64,000 nucleotides of DNA, taken from contig CM119371.1 in the NCBI GenBank assembly GCA_051294905.1, forward strand, positions 19,654,001 to 19,718,000, in the 5' to 3' direction. This DNA is from Botryllus schlosseri. Its lineage: Eukaryota. A program made the translations under genes and the position numbers. Of this stretch, positions 12,978 through 25,392 are shown piece by piece. Each line of letters opens with the position of its first letter. The stretch's first letter is position 1. The notes under the pieces are model-generated. The model did not search any database and was not told the origin of the DNA. It worked only from the letters and a program-made list of their open reading frames with translations.

Positions 12978-14807
12978 CAGTGGTTCTAAACCGGTGTGCC
13001 ATTTACGTCTCGCTAGTGTGCCGCGAGCGATTTCTTCGGAATTTTGAAATTATGCGCAAAATAATTCTATTTTATAGCAAACGATCAATAATATAAATCG
13101 AGATTTATGTGAAGTTTGTATATTTGACAAATCAAAATTTATATTATGCCGGCAATCAATATCCCCGTCGAATTTGCTTTACCGGGCAGATCGCGTGCTG
13201 AATTAAGTTTTGAAAAATACGTTGATTGATCGCACACAGAGCAGAGAAGGCATCGCGACGCATGTGTGACAATGCAGTTTTCTAATCCTCACTGTCTCCC
13301 CAATCACAAGCGAGAAATGAACTCATTTGGAATGGACGTTCACGTTTACAAATTCGAATTTCAAACATGGCAGTCCACATTGTGATTGTTACGTATCGTG
13401 CTGGCACTTGCGTTAAAATGTAGGCTTGTAGGACAATGTTGTGTTACCATAGTGTCCTATATGGTGTCGACACAGGCAAATCTAACGCTTCAGTGAAATT
13501 GTATCACGTCACAATTTCCATTTGGCTACAGGCAATTTGACGGTCATTTTTGACCGGTTTGCCGAGCATTAAATTTGGTAAAACGGGTATCAATCGAAAG
13601 CTGACTCTGCACTGATAACGAGAATATATATTTTATTCCGTTCGTCGCCCTGGAACTCCCACAATCAGCCTCGAATTTTCCATTGTTATGGATATTGGCA
13701 TTGGGACGAAACAATTGTGTCTGGCTCTTTTTCTCTTGAGCTACTCTCTCGTTTCGCCAGACAGCATTGTTACGTCCTGAGCTAATCTCTCGTTTCGCCA
13801 GACAGCATTGTTGCGTCCCAATGCCACTCTCCATAACAATGAAAAATTCGAGGCTGATTGTGCGAGGTCCAGGGCCACGAGCGGAATAAAATTTATATTT
13901 TCGTAATCAGTGCAGAGTCAGCTTTCGATTGATACCCGTTTTACCAAATTTAATGCTCGGCAAGCCGGTCAAAAATGACCGTCAAATTGCCTGTAGCCAA
14001 ATGGAAATTGTGACGGGATACAATTTCACTGAGGCGTGAGATTTGCCTGTGTCGACACCATATAGGACACTATGGTGTTACTGTCGATGAATATGATAAT
14101 TGAGAAGTAAGGTTGATCAAATTATATCAGTTAACAAACCTCTTCGCCGCTGACGTTATATTCTGGGCTTGTTTTAAGTATAATTGAACTGTGCGTGGCT
14201 GCCGGTAGAACTATTGAGGTATGGCTATCCTCACGCGTGCTACCCGATCTGCGTGAAAATGCATTGTGTAGCCTGGTATATAGCCTACACCTCTAGGCTC
14301 TACGCCTCCGCATTTGTTAGCGGCAATCGCGCTTGAATTCTTCGACCCAATGCGACAGTGGGAAGATTTATTGTCAAACAAATCTTATGAAATCGTGTCT
14401 AAGGGCAATCCGAAGTTTTTGTGAAGTCGTATATCAAAATCCCCCCATTTACTTCCGTCTGAATACGCCCTGTTTGTTGTAATCACAAAGGAACGATATT
14501 CTGCCCTGAGGGACACGACTATCTATCACGGTTTAGTAAGCTATATGTGGGATTCTTTAAGGGCAGAAGTTTTCCTCTAGAATTATAAAAACGGATAAGT
14601 TTATTTAAGAAAAGGAAGTAAAGAACATTTTGGTTTGAATGCAGAGGTGGTCACATTAGTCGGCGTTAATACTGGGTGCTAATAAGTATTTTGGTAGTTT
14701 GCAGGTGCCGTAAGACAAAAAAAAATCAGAACCATTGCGATGGTGTGCCGCGAACTATTTTTCATTTCCAAAGGGTGCCGCGAGGTCAAAATGGTTGAGA
14801 ACCACTG
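12978..14807 (+). mobile_element. Non-autonomous hAT-like element containing a nested foldback MITE
   Basis: Ends CAGTGGTTCTAAACC / GGTTGAGAACCACTG. CCTAACC lies near both flanks. Confidence 0.75.
13447..14075. mobile_element. Foldback MITE family C, full copy (near-perfect 630-bp palindrome)
   Basis: Inverted arms of about 270 bp. TGTTA is duplicated on both flanks. Central direct repeat CTCTCGTTTCGCCAGACAGCATTGTT. Confidence 0.92.
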
Positions 14808-15458
14808 CGGGCCTAACCCAATCGCGTTTGAACGAAATTGAATTAATCATCCTACAATGGGACCACAAGTAGGCCTACATACGGGCGAACTGTCAAGAAT
14901 GAATCGATTGTAGTTCGTGGGAAAATGCAGTAAAATTGCATGGCTCACGTGGATATTCCTAGTTTATTCTTTTTCGCTGTGACCTTCATCAATTATCATT
15001 ATTTTGATTGCCGCACAGTCAGACGGGGTATTCCCCGAGTATTGCTGCAAGAAATTAGGAATTAGCCATTTCTTTATTTATTCTTTATATTCAGAATCTT
15101 GGTTTATTTAAGTAAAGTTTTTACACGAGCATGAAATGACCATTACTATAACTACTTATGTTCATTATGAAGCCATGCGTCGCATATTGGCTACAGTTAC
15201 TGTGGATACGCACAAACGATCCACATAAAATCGCTCGAATTACGAATAATTTTTTTCGTAGCAAGTAATTTAGCAAATATTAAATTGACATCAAAAAATT
15301 GCCCGGCTGCAAATTTATACCTTCTGCGACCCATACTTCAGGAGCCCTGCACTATGATAAGACAATGAGGAGAAATTTCGGATCTTGTTTCAGCTCTGCA
15401 AAATACATGCGAAAATATAATCGGTATTATCCAGTATGATGTGTTAGTCGCGGTATGT

Positions 15459-16150
15459 TTAGGGAGGGCAGTATTCGCACACGTAGGTGTTTGATACTGT
15501 GCCGTCAGCAGTAGGCCTGATAAGTTGATAGTCGGCACCAGTCACGTCCGCAAAATTACTATTATCTCCGTCGTTATCGAAGTTCGTATCGCTGTCATCG
15601 ACATAGAGTGACAACACAACGTCACCGGCGGCGGTACGTCCTTCGAACCATTCCAAAGTTATTTCGCTCGCCTCGCGGTTCGAATCGAACAGAGTCAGCC
15701 AAACAGGGTCCGACAATGAGAGACGGTCTTCGAAAATAGCTCTGGAATTGGCGCGGACTTCAAACGTCTGTGACGTGATGGTAAACAAACTGCGGTACTC
15801 ACTTGCGATCAATCGCAGTTCTGACATTCCTATGAGCGAGGTTTACCCCTTGTGCGAGACAATCAGCGGTCGCTATTGCGTACGTTACTGGGGACTCCCC
15901 GGCCGCATAGCGACATCCTTTGTATTCAACCCAAGTTTTAAACTCGTCCTGAAATATCGCAACGTGTTTTTTGCATTTCAGAAATTATGAAACAAAATCA
16001 TTTTACCGGAATCTGTGGTTCATCTGGCTCCGACACAATGTTCTTCGTTGTTGATGTCGTCATGGCCTTTGTCGTCTCTGGAGTCATCGTGTCTTTTGTG
16101 GTCGTCGGTGGCGAAAGCAGACCTTTGCGAATATATGACTTGTTGGTAAT
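15459..16150 (-). pseudogene. Thr-rich stalk plus C-type lectin domain gene, frameshifted (pseudogene or sequence error)
   Basis: An upstream exon ending at 16007 (PPTTTKDTMTPETTKAMTTSTTK...QIP) splices over a 58-nt GT-AG intron into 15948-15459: ...YKGCRY..TYAIATADCLAQGVNLA / IGMSEL...PVWLTLFD...LEWFEG...NTYVCEYCPP*. Frame switches near 15832. The 5' part is unresolved. Confidence 0.75.
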
Positions 16151-16393
16151 TGGCATGGACAATTTTCCAAAGTGTCCATTTTATGTGCTTGACTGCTTTC
16201 TGGACCATGGAATGATCTCGATCACTGATCCCAACCGCGGCTCTAAGAGCTAGCCTTATTACGGCTCTCGTTAACCACTGAATAGCACACAAAATGTGGT
16301 AATTGACAAGTCATGGACAGTGGCTGTTGGCTTATGCGGATACTTTTCGTCAATTTCGGTATTCAATGCTAAAATAACGGATCTAAGGTATGT

Positions 16394-16815
16394 ATCATGG
16401 TATTATGAGTCGAGTCCGAGCCCAAGTCATTGTGTTGACTGCTCAGTGCTCAGTTTCCAGTTAAAGCCTTGTTAAAACAACTTTTCACGACTCTGTTTGG
16501 TGATATCGAATGGTTCGCATTTATAATATACTAATTTCCCCCACTTTTAACAGTTTCTGGTCGCATTTTCAAGTACCAGTACCAATTGACGAAATCTCAA
16601 TAGAGTGGTTATACTTTACGGTTCTTCGAAATTACAATGAAATGTCGGTCTTGGCCGTCTGAGTCTCGAGTCATATGACTTGGTTCGAGTCATGCGCAAT
16701 TCGAGTTAATATACACATTGACTCGAGTCGAGTCGAGTCATTTCCGTATTTTGAGAAAATGACTCGAGTCAAGTCGAGTCATCAGAAAATCGTGACTCGA
16801 GTCATTACAACCCTG
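16394..16815 (+). mobile_element. MITE family B fragment (related to family A)
   Basis: Ends GACTCGAGTCATTACAACCCTG. Homologous to 56750-57125 and 60140-61090. Confidence 0.8.
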
Positions 16816-17035
16816 ATAGAATTCTCCAATATGAAAATATGACTTTACACAGAGCAATAACTATGAAATGGAGGTGAATCGCGCCAAGCGAGGAAAAAAA
16901 TTCAGTTTACCGGAGCTTCGCCCTCCCTTCAGATGCTTTCACGCCGCCCAAGGGGGGCAGGCTCCCCAGTTTGAGAACCACTGATTATGCCTATATTGTA
17001 ATTCACAAAGTTTTCTGTTGCTACTGAAGTTTGGG

Positions 17036-17378
17036 AAAGGAAAAGGAAAGGAAAGGACGTAGTTCATTTTTGTCCATGATGTTTTTGCGGCATATACACC
17101 GACTCATGATACACATACACACCATCTGCGCATATGCATACCATTAGTGCATGATGTGCATATGCCGCTGGACAAGGAAGTGCAGATATAGCCGTTTTTA
17201 CGGCTTTGTAAGTCATGCACCACCCCTCCATGCTATCCCAGTAATGCATGAGCGCCAAGCAGGGAAGCCATGGATACCAGTGTTACTAATCATGTCTTTG
17301 GTCTGACCCGGCCGGGAATCGAACCCACGACCTATCGATCAAGAAGCCGGACGCTTAACCATTACGCTATCTTGTCGG
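17036..17378 (-). mobile_element. tRNA-derived SINE
   Basis: On the minus strand: box A TAGCGTAATGG, box B GGGTTCGATTCCC, a core-like GGTCAGACCAAAGAC...GCTTCCCTGCTTGGCGCTCA segment, and a (TTTCC)n tail. Confidence 0.85.
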
Positions 17379-17459
17379 AAACAGTCTATCATGGCTGAAT
17401 AATTTAGTTGTAACGCGGCACGCATAGAACACCGATGTATATAAGCTAATTATTACAGG

Positions 17460-17581
17460 TGTCGACTGTGTACTAAGGCCTTAAGGCCTTGCGGCCCCTC
17501 GTCGTCATCCTGGTCCGTACCGTACCGTACCGTACCCTACCGGGTTTTCACTGGTGTGACGAATAAATGATTGATTGATTA
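17460..17581 (+). repeat. Retroposon 3' end with (CCGTA)n and an (ATTG)n tail
   Basis: AATAAATGATTGATTGATT tail like that at 60760-60778. Confidence 0.5.
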
Positions 17582-17885
17582 AGTGATTATTTTATGTTGT
17601 GATTGTCAGGTTTCCATACAATGTAATTAAAATTGTAATTGAGCAAAATTTTTATCAACTTACAATTAAAATTACAAGTACACAAAATAAAAATGCTTCA
17701 ATTACAATTACAATTACAATTACATGAAAAAATGTAATTATTACATTCAGCTCAATTACAAATTACAATTGATCCAACTCCGTTCCCCACTACCCAAAAC
17801 TTTTGTCATTGAGGAGCAACTATACGCTTGTTTGAGTACACGCGGAACACAACCACACCAGTACGCATGGCAATCTCCTATAACT

Positions 17886-18206
17886 TAGGGTTACCATAGG
17901 AGGATTTGTCCTCCTTTTTCGGGTTTTTTAAAAATGTCCTCCAAGGACGCCGAAATGTCCTCCTTTTTGAGATTTTGTCCTCTTTTTTAGAATTTTGATT
18001 CAAAACAGGGCAGAATTCGACCGATATACCATAAAATAGCACTGAACTAACGCTCAGGCGGGTATGTCGGGAGCTGAGCGAAAGTTGACCTTTTTTTAAA
18101 GTCAACCGACTACGAAGTGGAGGAAATTTACCATTTTCAAGATTTTCCACCGGTATTCTAAGTTTGAAAATTTTGAAAAAGTGTCCTCCAGAATATGGTA
18201 ACCCTA
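17886..18206. mobile_element. hAT MITE (TAGGGTTACCATA family)
   Basis: TIRs TAGGGTTACCATA/TATGGTAACCCTA. Perfect TSD CTATAACT. Confidence 0.93.
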
Positions 18207-18844
18207 CTATAACTGCAACATAAAACGTATTGTGAACCGATACCGGAAACCCTCAAAATTTAGCGTAAGCGTTATTTCATGTCATACCGATCGTTTCGGA
18301 TGCGTTTCTGACGCCGTGATTGGTTATCTGGAGTTAAAAATGAGTTTTTGTGAACAACACGCAACTTAATTTAAAACCAGCCAAACATTGCTTTGATGAT
18401 ATCGTACGCGCGTCAGAAAGATATAGTGGCGAGATTTCATAAGCTGGCGGACCTCAATAACCAATTTGTCGAAACTATAGAGATGAAAGTCTGTTGCCCC
18501 GATTCTTATACCAGGATTGAATTTTAAATCTGTGAGCAGCGATCTGTTCAGAGATTTACTAATTCCACTTTTGGTTCAGTTTCAGGACACACAATGCTGA
18601 CAGCATCATAACCATGTTAGCTTCAAACATGCTTCTAGTATGTGCAGATAAAATATAAATACCCCAATTCTACGCATACAGACAACGAATCTATCTAAGA
18701 CACGCCTGAATCGTTTTTTTGTAAGCACATCACTGAAATAATTAGAAATGGAGTGGCCAATCTGAAATCCCACTCGTCATCCAAATTATATCACTCTGGT
18801 TGCAGCTATCCATCCCGCTGTGATAGTAAGTATTTACCTTAGAT

Positions 18845-19080
18845 CAGGTGTTCTCAAACTTTTTAAGAAACCCCCCTAACGGGTAGTTTGATGGCATGTT
18901 ACGACTGTGGTTGAGGGATTTTTAAATATGTAATTAAGACTCAATACAGAGCAATAACTGTTAATGGTATGTAAATCGCGCGAAGCGCGAAAAAAAATTC
19001 AGTTGAGCTCAGCTTCGCGCCCCCCTTTAGATGCTTTCACGACCCCAAGGGGGGCACGCCCACCAGTTTGAGAACCACTG
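18845..19080. mobile_element. Short hAT MITE
   Basis: CAGGTGTTCTCAAAC / GTTTGAGAACCACTG. TSD CCTTAGAT/TCTTAGAA. Related fragment at 16840-16983. Confidence 0.8.
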
Positions 19081-20927
19081 TCTTAGAATTATCATGGTGA
19101 AATATACAAAATAATTATCATGGTGAAATATACAAAAAAAGAGTTAATCAAGTCCCTGCATTAATTCGATTTTTAGTACGCTTTTCATCAATATTTAAAA
19201 AAGTTTCTTTACACTCTCGCGGCCAGCGGGCCGTAGTTTGCCCACCCGTGCGCTAGATAATAATAATACATCTTCGGACGTACCCGTTGGTATAATGACT
19301 TTGTTACATGATTCTATTTCGGGACCTCCTATATCTGCTATGTCAAAAGATATTGAAATCGCCAAAACGCCAAAACTAAAAGACGTACACGGTTTCAAAT
19401 TGGCATTTCTTGACCGGAAAATAATGTTCCCTCGATGTGGCATTTTTCTTGTTGTAGGACTCGGGTCGCCAGGACAGGAACATTAGGCGCCAGCCATTTA
19501 GGCGCCTATGGACATGGACAATTAAACATATATGTATTTGTATATATCGGAGTTTTCAGTCAGTACATGGGCGCACTTCTCGCAGTCGCATGTTACATAG
19601 CCTATAACTTCATATGTCTTGGCGCGTCATGGTGCGGTAATGGCCGACGCCCAACTGCCCATTTCTATAAATCATGCGTATTTTTTGGTGGGAAATAATC
19701 ATAATATCAGACAACATTAAATTGCGCTTAGCGCGAAAACATTCCTGAAAAATTGCAAAAAATACACCATGACTTATGTTAATTCACGAAATAATTTTGG
19801 GCCCCGTTCGTGCTCGGCCCCTTCAATTGGGGGTTATGGGTGCGGCAGTTACGGTCCTGAGTAAATCTTACGCAATGTTCATGCAACGCGGAGAAGACTA
19901 TTCGTTAGTTTCTCGCAGATTAACTTCAAGCTAGCCCATTGTTATTTATAACTTTGATAAACCATGTTATTTCGCCATTCCGAGAAAATAATGCGCTATT
20001 GAAATGATATCAGTATCGCTCACGCGTACGAGACCACACTAAAAAAAATCTCTTCCGTGAGACGCACGTGATTGTAAATTCTCATTCCGTCACGGAGCGC
20101 AATATTTACCTTGGCGGGCCGCACTTGTACCTCGGTTTCAGACTTCAGTGATAACACTATTTGCCCGTGGCAATGTTGCAACTAATTTCTCACGAGTCTG
20201 CGCGCCAGCGTGGTCCGTGGAACAAGAGTGCGCATACTGCGCAACGACTAAATAAACATCACTTCGGATTTTTTGTGCGCAGCTTAGATTTTCTGTGCGC
20301 AGAGACCGTTTCAGCGCTGCGCATTTGCGCACGTGCGCAGCTTAGAGGGAACATTGCTGACAAGTGCCACGCATAAACGGCCGATTCAGCTCATTCTTAG
20401 AGCATTCAAGACTTTAATTATATACCACGACAAACCCTTATAATATCAGACGAAGTCGTGTCATTGTTAAGCTTTATATTTGTATTCAATGATGGTACAT
20501 CCATTCTGAAACTAGAAACTCATACGTCATTTGCATAAGCGTCATTGCAATATTTCTTCGCGTGTTTCTGTGCTTTCCCTCGTTGAAAACAAGGCTGCCG
20601 ACTGCAACGGTTACCTTCAGAATATGCTAGTCAAGTATTAAGCGTTTTTTGTATCACATCCGGAATTAATGTTGAATCGTAATCTGCGGACCAACCGACA
20701 ACGCGCTTACAGATACACCACCGTTAGCAGACTCCTTCAACAGCAGATCAGCAAGACGCCACCGCCGTAATCATTCAAGCATAGCCGATTAGCCAATCAA
20801 GCGCCGTGATTTCGCGATTGCTAGTCTTCTCACCGTTCTATGGTCACTGGCCCGCCCCCTATACAGCAGTTGCTTTCAAGCGCATTCAGACAAATCTTGA
20901 CGAAGCTCTCGTGTGCTTATTGCAGGC

Positions 20928-21504
20928 TCATTGACGTTTTTTTTTATCAATAATCTATAGAATGAGACATGTATAGTGTATACGCATCATTTCAGAGATT
21001 TTCCAAATTATGGACAATCCTAACTTGCATGCTTATGAATCATAGGGATGGTAGTATTCAGACATACAAGATTCAAAATGTTAGAAACCACTGATGGAGA
21101 TCCAGATCCATCAGCCACGCTCGAAACATGACCGCGTGGACTTCGTAGCCTACTCACCTCTAAACAATTGTGCCGATAGGTACGCTCGTAAGATCTGCCA
21201 TACGCGGTTTTCTCGTCTACGAACAGGAGCTGCGTAGTAATATCTCGTAGTGTATCTTGGAACCGCTACATACTGTAATAACGACGCGAGAAGTAGTCTC
21301 ATTAGAAACCAAATTGAAAATTAACTCGGTTCCACACACGCTCAGATACTCACCCCTGCATGTCTAGCTGCCGGCCTATTCGAGGTCACTGCAATGGAAG
21401 AAGCCTTCTGACATATGACGCAATCGAGATCGCTATAATACCTCCCACTCACCTGCTACAAAGGTCGCCGCCAAAAGTAAGATAAAACTGGCAAAGAATC
21501 GCAT
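20928..21504 (-). CDS. Novel 83-aa secreted cationic Tyr/Arg-rich peptide precursor (5 micro-exons)
   Basis: Exons 21504-21453, 21388-21354, 21272-21158, 21090-21068 and 20954-20928 total 252 nt. Introns are 64/81/67/113 nt with donors GTGAGT x3 and GTATGT and pyrimidine-rich AG acceptors; all phases are consistent. Protein: MRFFASFILLLAATFVAVTSNRPAARHAGYVAVPRYTTRYYYAAPVRRRENRVWQILRAYLSAQLFRVVSNILNLIIDKKKRQ. Confidence 0.85.
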
Positions 21505-21607
21505 ATCGGTAGCAGATCAGAAGATATAATTCAATCTGTAGGGATGGAATTGGAGACTGACACGTGCATTGAAGTAGACTGACACTCCCGGGGAAGATCT
21601 CTGGTTC

Positions 21608-22838
21608 GGTTGTTCCATGGACATGAGCATGCGACATTACAACATGCGAGACTTCGGCATGCGACAATTTGGCATGCGACACATGAGCATGTGGGTTAAA
21701 TTACGGGTTAGGGGTAGGTTAGGGTTGGATTTATGGTTGGGTTAGGGTTAGACTTTAGGTTAGGTTAGGCTAGGTTAGGTTAGGTTAGGCTATGTTTCGG
21801 GTTGGGGCAGTGTTGGGATGACTCGAGTCATGACTTGACTCGAGTCAGACTCGAGTCACCTTTTTCGTATGACTTGACTTGACTCGAGTCACTTTGCTAA
21901 AATGACTTGACTTGACTTGACTCGGAGTATCAAAAATGGGGATTGACTCGTGACTCGGAGCGAAATTCACGAGTCAATTTCAAGTCATCAAGTAATCGGT
22001 GTCGACAAAAATCATTGTGTCTTGCATATGATCGGATTGCTCGCGAAACGCTCGTGTAACCCGTGAGAGCGACTAATTATTCAATGATCGTGCGTTTCAC
22101 TGTGCCTTCATTGTTTTTTCCGAAATAAATTGACCGCAAACGAAGTGATCGAAGCTTATAGCTTACGATGTCGTAAACTAGTATAGTAAAGTAATTTAAT
22201 AGTAAAATGTATATTTCTGTTTTCTGTTCTTACCTTAACCAAATCTCTAGGGTTATTGAAATTGAATTCGAATATAGTCTATATAGTCATCAACCATTGG
22301 CGCAGGCTCGAATGTATCTTATCGATTCGTTTCTCTATTCTCTATTTTGGCTGGTAACTATAAACTGAGGCTAAGCAATTATTTACGTAGTTTAGCAGTT
22401 CTACCGTATATGTGAGCGATATAGCGCCTTCTTGCGTGTATATTTAACTCTATATTCGTTCATTGGTTCAGAATCAATGACCGCTCAATCTGTATTTCAG
22501 ACAGCCAGCAATATGTGATGTCATAATCATGCCTCACACTTCGAAAAGCCAACTTGACTTGAATTGTGACTTGACTCGTGACTTGACTTGACTTGACACG
22601 ACTTGACTCGAGTCACCTCTAAAAATCGAGTGACTTGACTTGACTCGAGTCACCTTCAAAAATCGATTGACTTGACTTGACTCGAGTCAAAATGTGCAAT
22701 GACTCGAAATGACTCGTGACTCGAAGGTAGTGACTTGATCCCAACGCTGGGTTAGGGTAGCTGAAGTGACGCATGCTGATGTGTTCCATGCTGAACTGTC
22801 GTTTTCCATTGTTTCGCATGCTCATATGTCGGGCAACC
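21608..22838. mobile_element. Unclassified TIR element with internal TTAGG/TTAGGG repeats, interrupted by a family A MITE
   Basis: Imperfect TIRs GGTTG..GACATGAGCATGCG / CGCATGCTCATATGTCGGGCAACC. GGTTC on both flanks. Confidence 0.7.
21808..22749 (-). mobile_element. hAT-like MITE family A (nested)
   Basis: TIRs CAGTGTTGGGA/TCCCAACGCTG. TSD GGTTGGGG/GGTTAGGG. Confidence 0.92.
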
Positions 22839-23079
22839 GGTTCGGTTACCAGCCCGGTTGGGAAAAATAGCCCCTCAAAATCCAACTTTTGTATCAAATG
22901 TTCGATACGGAACGGAAATAACAAAATTTCAAGATTTCGAACCTGACTCCTTACAAAAACTCTGCTGCTCTGCCAATGAATAGAAAGTTCGAAAGGCGGC
23001 CGACTTAACTGTTTATCCAGGTAATTTTATTCATACAGACGCTTTTCTGAACAGGGAAAAAGTCACAGTTCATATATAA

Positions 23080-24025
23080 TAGTGGTTCTCAACCATTATG
23101 TCTTCTTGGACTCATGCGTACTACCGAATAAGTTTTAGTTCAAATTTAAAGGTCAATTCTCGTGCAACTGCCATCTATCTTGCGTAAATATAAACAGTGG
23201 GATGGTGATAAACGGCAGCAATTTGAATTTTCATGAAAATATTTCGTACCACATGTAGAAATTACGGAAACTTTTTTATTTATCCCTAAGCGAATTCTAC
23301 AGCTGCGTTCTGGAATCCATTGTCGTGTCTTGGAATTCCGCGTGTTCGATTTGATATGACAGTGAGCTGTAAACCAATCATTTATACGCAGACATAAGTA
23401 GCAGCAAATAGAATAATAACATATGTCAGGCTTTCGACAACACCTTTGTGTATAATCGCGACATATTTGGCACCAAGATTGATAACCGGTTATTTAATGA
23501 ACATATCACGTCCATGCTAATCATTTCTGATCAGCAGGTCATCTTGACGTTCGTCTCGATTAATATACTCCAATGGAGAAAAGGGATTTCGCGGTGTGGT
23601 TTTACTCCCTTTCGTACGGATTCGGCAATTTATTTAGGAATTACTATATTTCAAACGACTGTTAACTTATGTGCCGAGATATACAACTTTTAATAGAATT
23701 TGTTATGCAAAGATTGCGAAGTTACCTGTGACTAACCTTTCTTTTCTAACTTTGTCATCTTTTCCACAAACCCTAACAACACATCTCGAAACAGCAATAT
23801 GCGCCTAACAGCAGGCCTGCCCGATGGCAATTAAGATGAACTTGCACAGTACATCATATTTTATCTCAGACGGCCATTCTGTTGATGTGAGTAATAGCCA
23901 TTATGAAGCGAAACTGATGTATTATGATTTACTAGATTAGAAATATACAAACACATTTTTTTTTTAAATTTAGAGGTTTCGTCGAAACCTGAAAATGATT
24001 CGCGGAGCCAGGTTGAGAACCGCTG
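23080..24025. mobile_element. Non-autonomous hAT-like element
   Basis: TAGTGGTTCTCAACC / GGTTGAGAACCGCTG. TSD-like ATATATAA/ATTTATAT. Confidence 0.7.
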
Positions 24026-25392
24026 ATTTATATGATTATCACTCTACGGGTGAACTCGCGCACAACCCCAAAATATTCAACATGCACTATAACGAGAGTT
24101 ACTGTCGGATTACGGATATGTACGAAGGCGACATTTGATTTATTTTCGACAAAATTCTAAAGACATGTTGGCCAACCGCGGGTGGTAATTGTATGGCTTT
24201 GAAATCAGGAATGCAATGCTATATAGACTGGTACTCGATGTCTTTTGCGAACTCTGCGTGAACCTAAACTGATTGGAGAGCTTCTCGGGGGTAGAGAATT
24301 TCAATATATATTTGAAAAGTATATTTTGGCTTTCATTTAAAACAAACATGATTGAAACAGTGTTTGAATGAATGCGTTTAATTTTTTTAAACAGTACAAT
24401 TATGGTATAACTGTGTAAATACTTTCCAAAACACATGTTGCATGAGCTTATGGACAATTACCACCCGATATAGCCGACGTATATCGATATGGGATGGTTG
24501 AAACCCGGAAAATAGTCGGTTCAACATTAACAGTACAGATATCTCATCAAAGGAGCTATATTTACCCTATATTTTCAATTATCAATGTCAATCCACTATG
24601 ACGTCACAATTACATATCGGTGACGTCATGGCTTAAAAAAACATGTTTTAAGTAACGGCCTTGTTCTAAACATGTTTGTTTTAAATTGTTTTTTGTTTTA
24701 AATGCAACCCAAAGTATATTCGTATTGGAATGAATCCGAATATTTTCGGCTCAAACTCGTCAGAGGTCAGAAACTAGTAGGGATCTGGAAAGAACATTGT
24801 ATATCAACAATAGTACCACCAAATATAACCGGCATTGGAATTTTCAATCAGGTGATTACTAAACACGATTACCCCATGTCTGGATATAACCATACAGAAA
24901 TTCAATCCACAATATATAGCCGGGCTACAACGTATGGACAATTCAGAACACCATAGGCTAACGTTAACCGCAGCATTGTCACAAAGTGCAATGAAAAATA
25001 TATAGTCGAAAATATACCAAATTATCTGTAATGTGATAGAACTGACTTCATGGTCGCATTAAATAGGCATATTTGGGCTTTTCACGTCATTCATTCCGTT
25101 ATGACGCCATAATTAGTGATACTCGACTCGACTCGAAGCCTAATGCTCGAATCAGAATCGAATCAGTTAGGTAGACGATTTTGTCTATCCCTAGCTGTGA
25201 CCCGTTTTGACTATATGATTGGGTATCGTGAAAACTATACGAACGACTGACATAGTGTCACGTTAAATAAGGAGCCAGCGTCGAATCTGTGATGACCACA
25301 TTCGCAACAAGGTCTGCAGTTTTTGCTCTGGTCCTGGCATTACAAAATAAAAACTTCCTGGAGTCACAACTTTTCTCCTCGTCCCTCTAACC

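Noticed and set aside
16020-16292. 90-aa ORF that looks like a cationic helix plus a D/H-rich acidic tail (AMP-precursor-like)
   Set aside because: The D/H tail is the shifted reading of Thr codons. The Thr-rich frame is the one that splices in phase to the lectin exon.
17300-17378. tRNA-like sequence
   Set aside because: No complete cloverleaf or acceptor stem; it continues into SINE core and tail.
21690-21800. Interstitial telomere
   Set aside because: The repeats are short, mixed and degenerate, and lie inside a TIR-bounded element.
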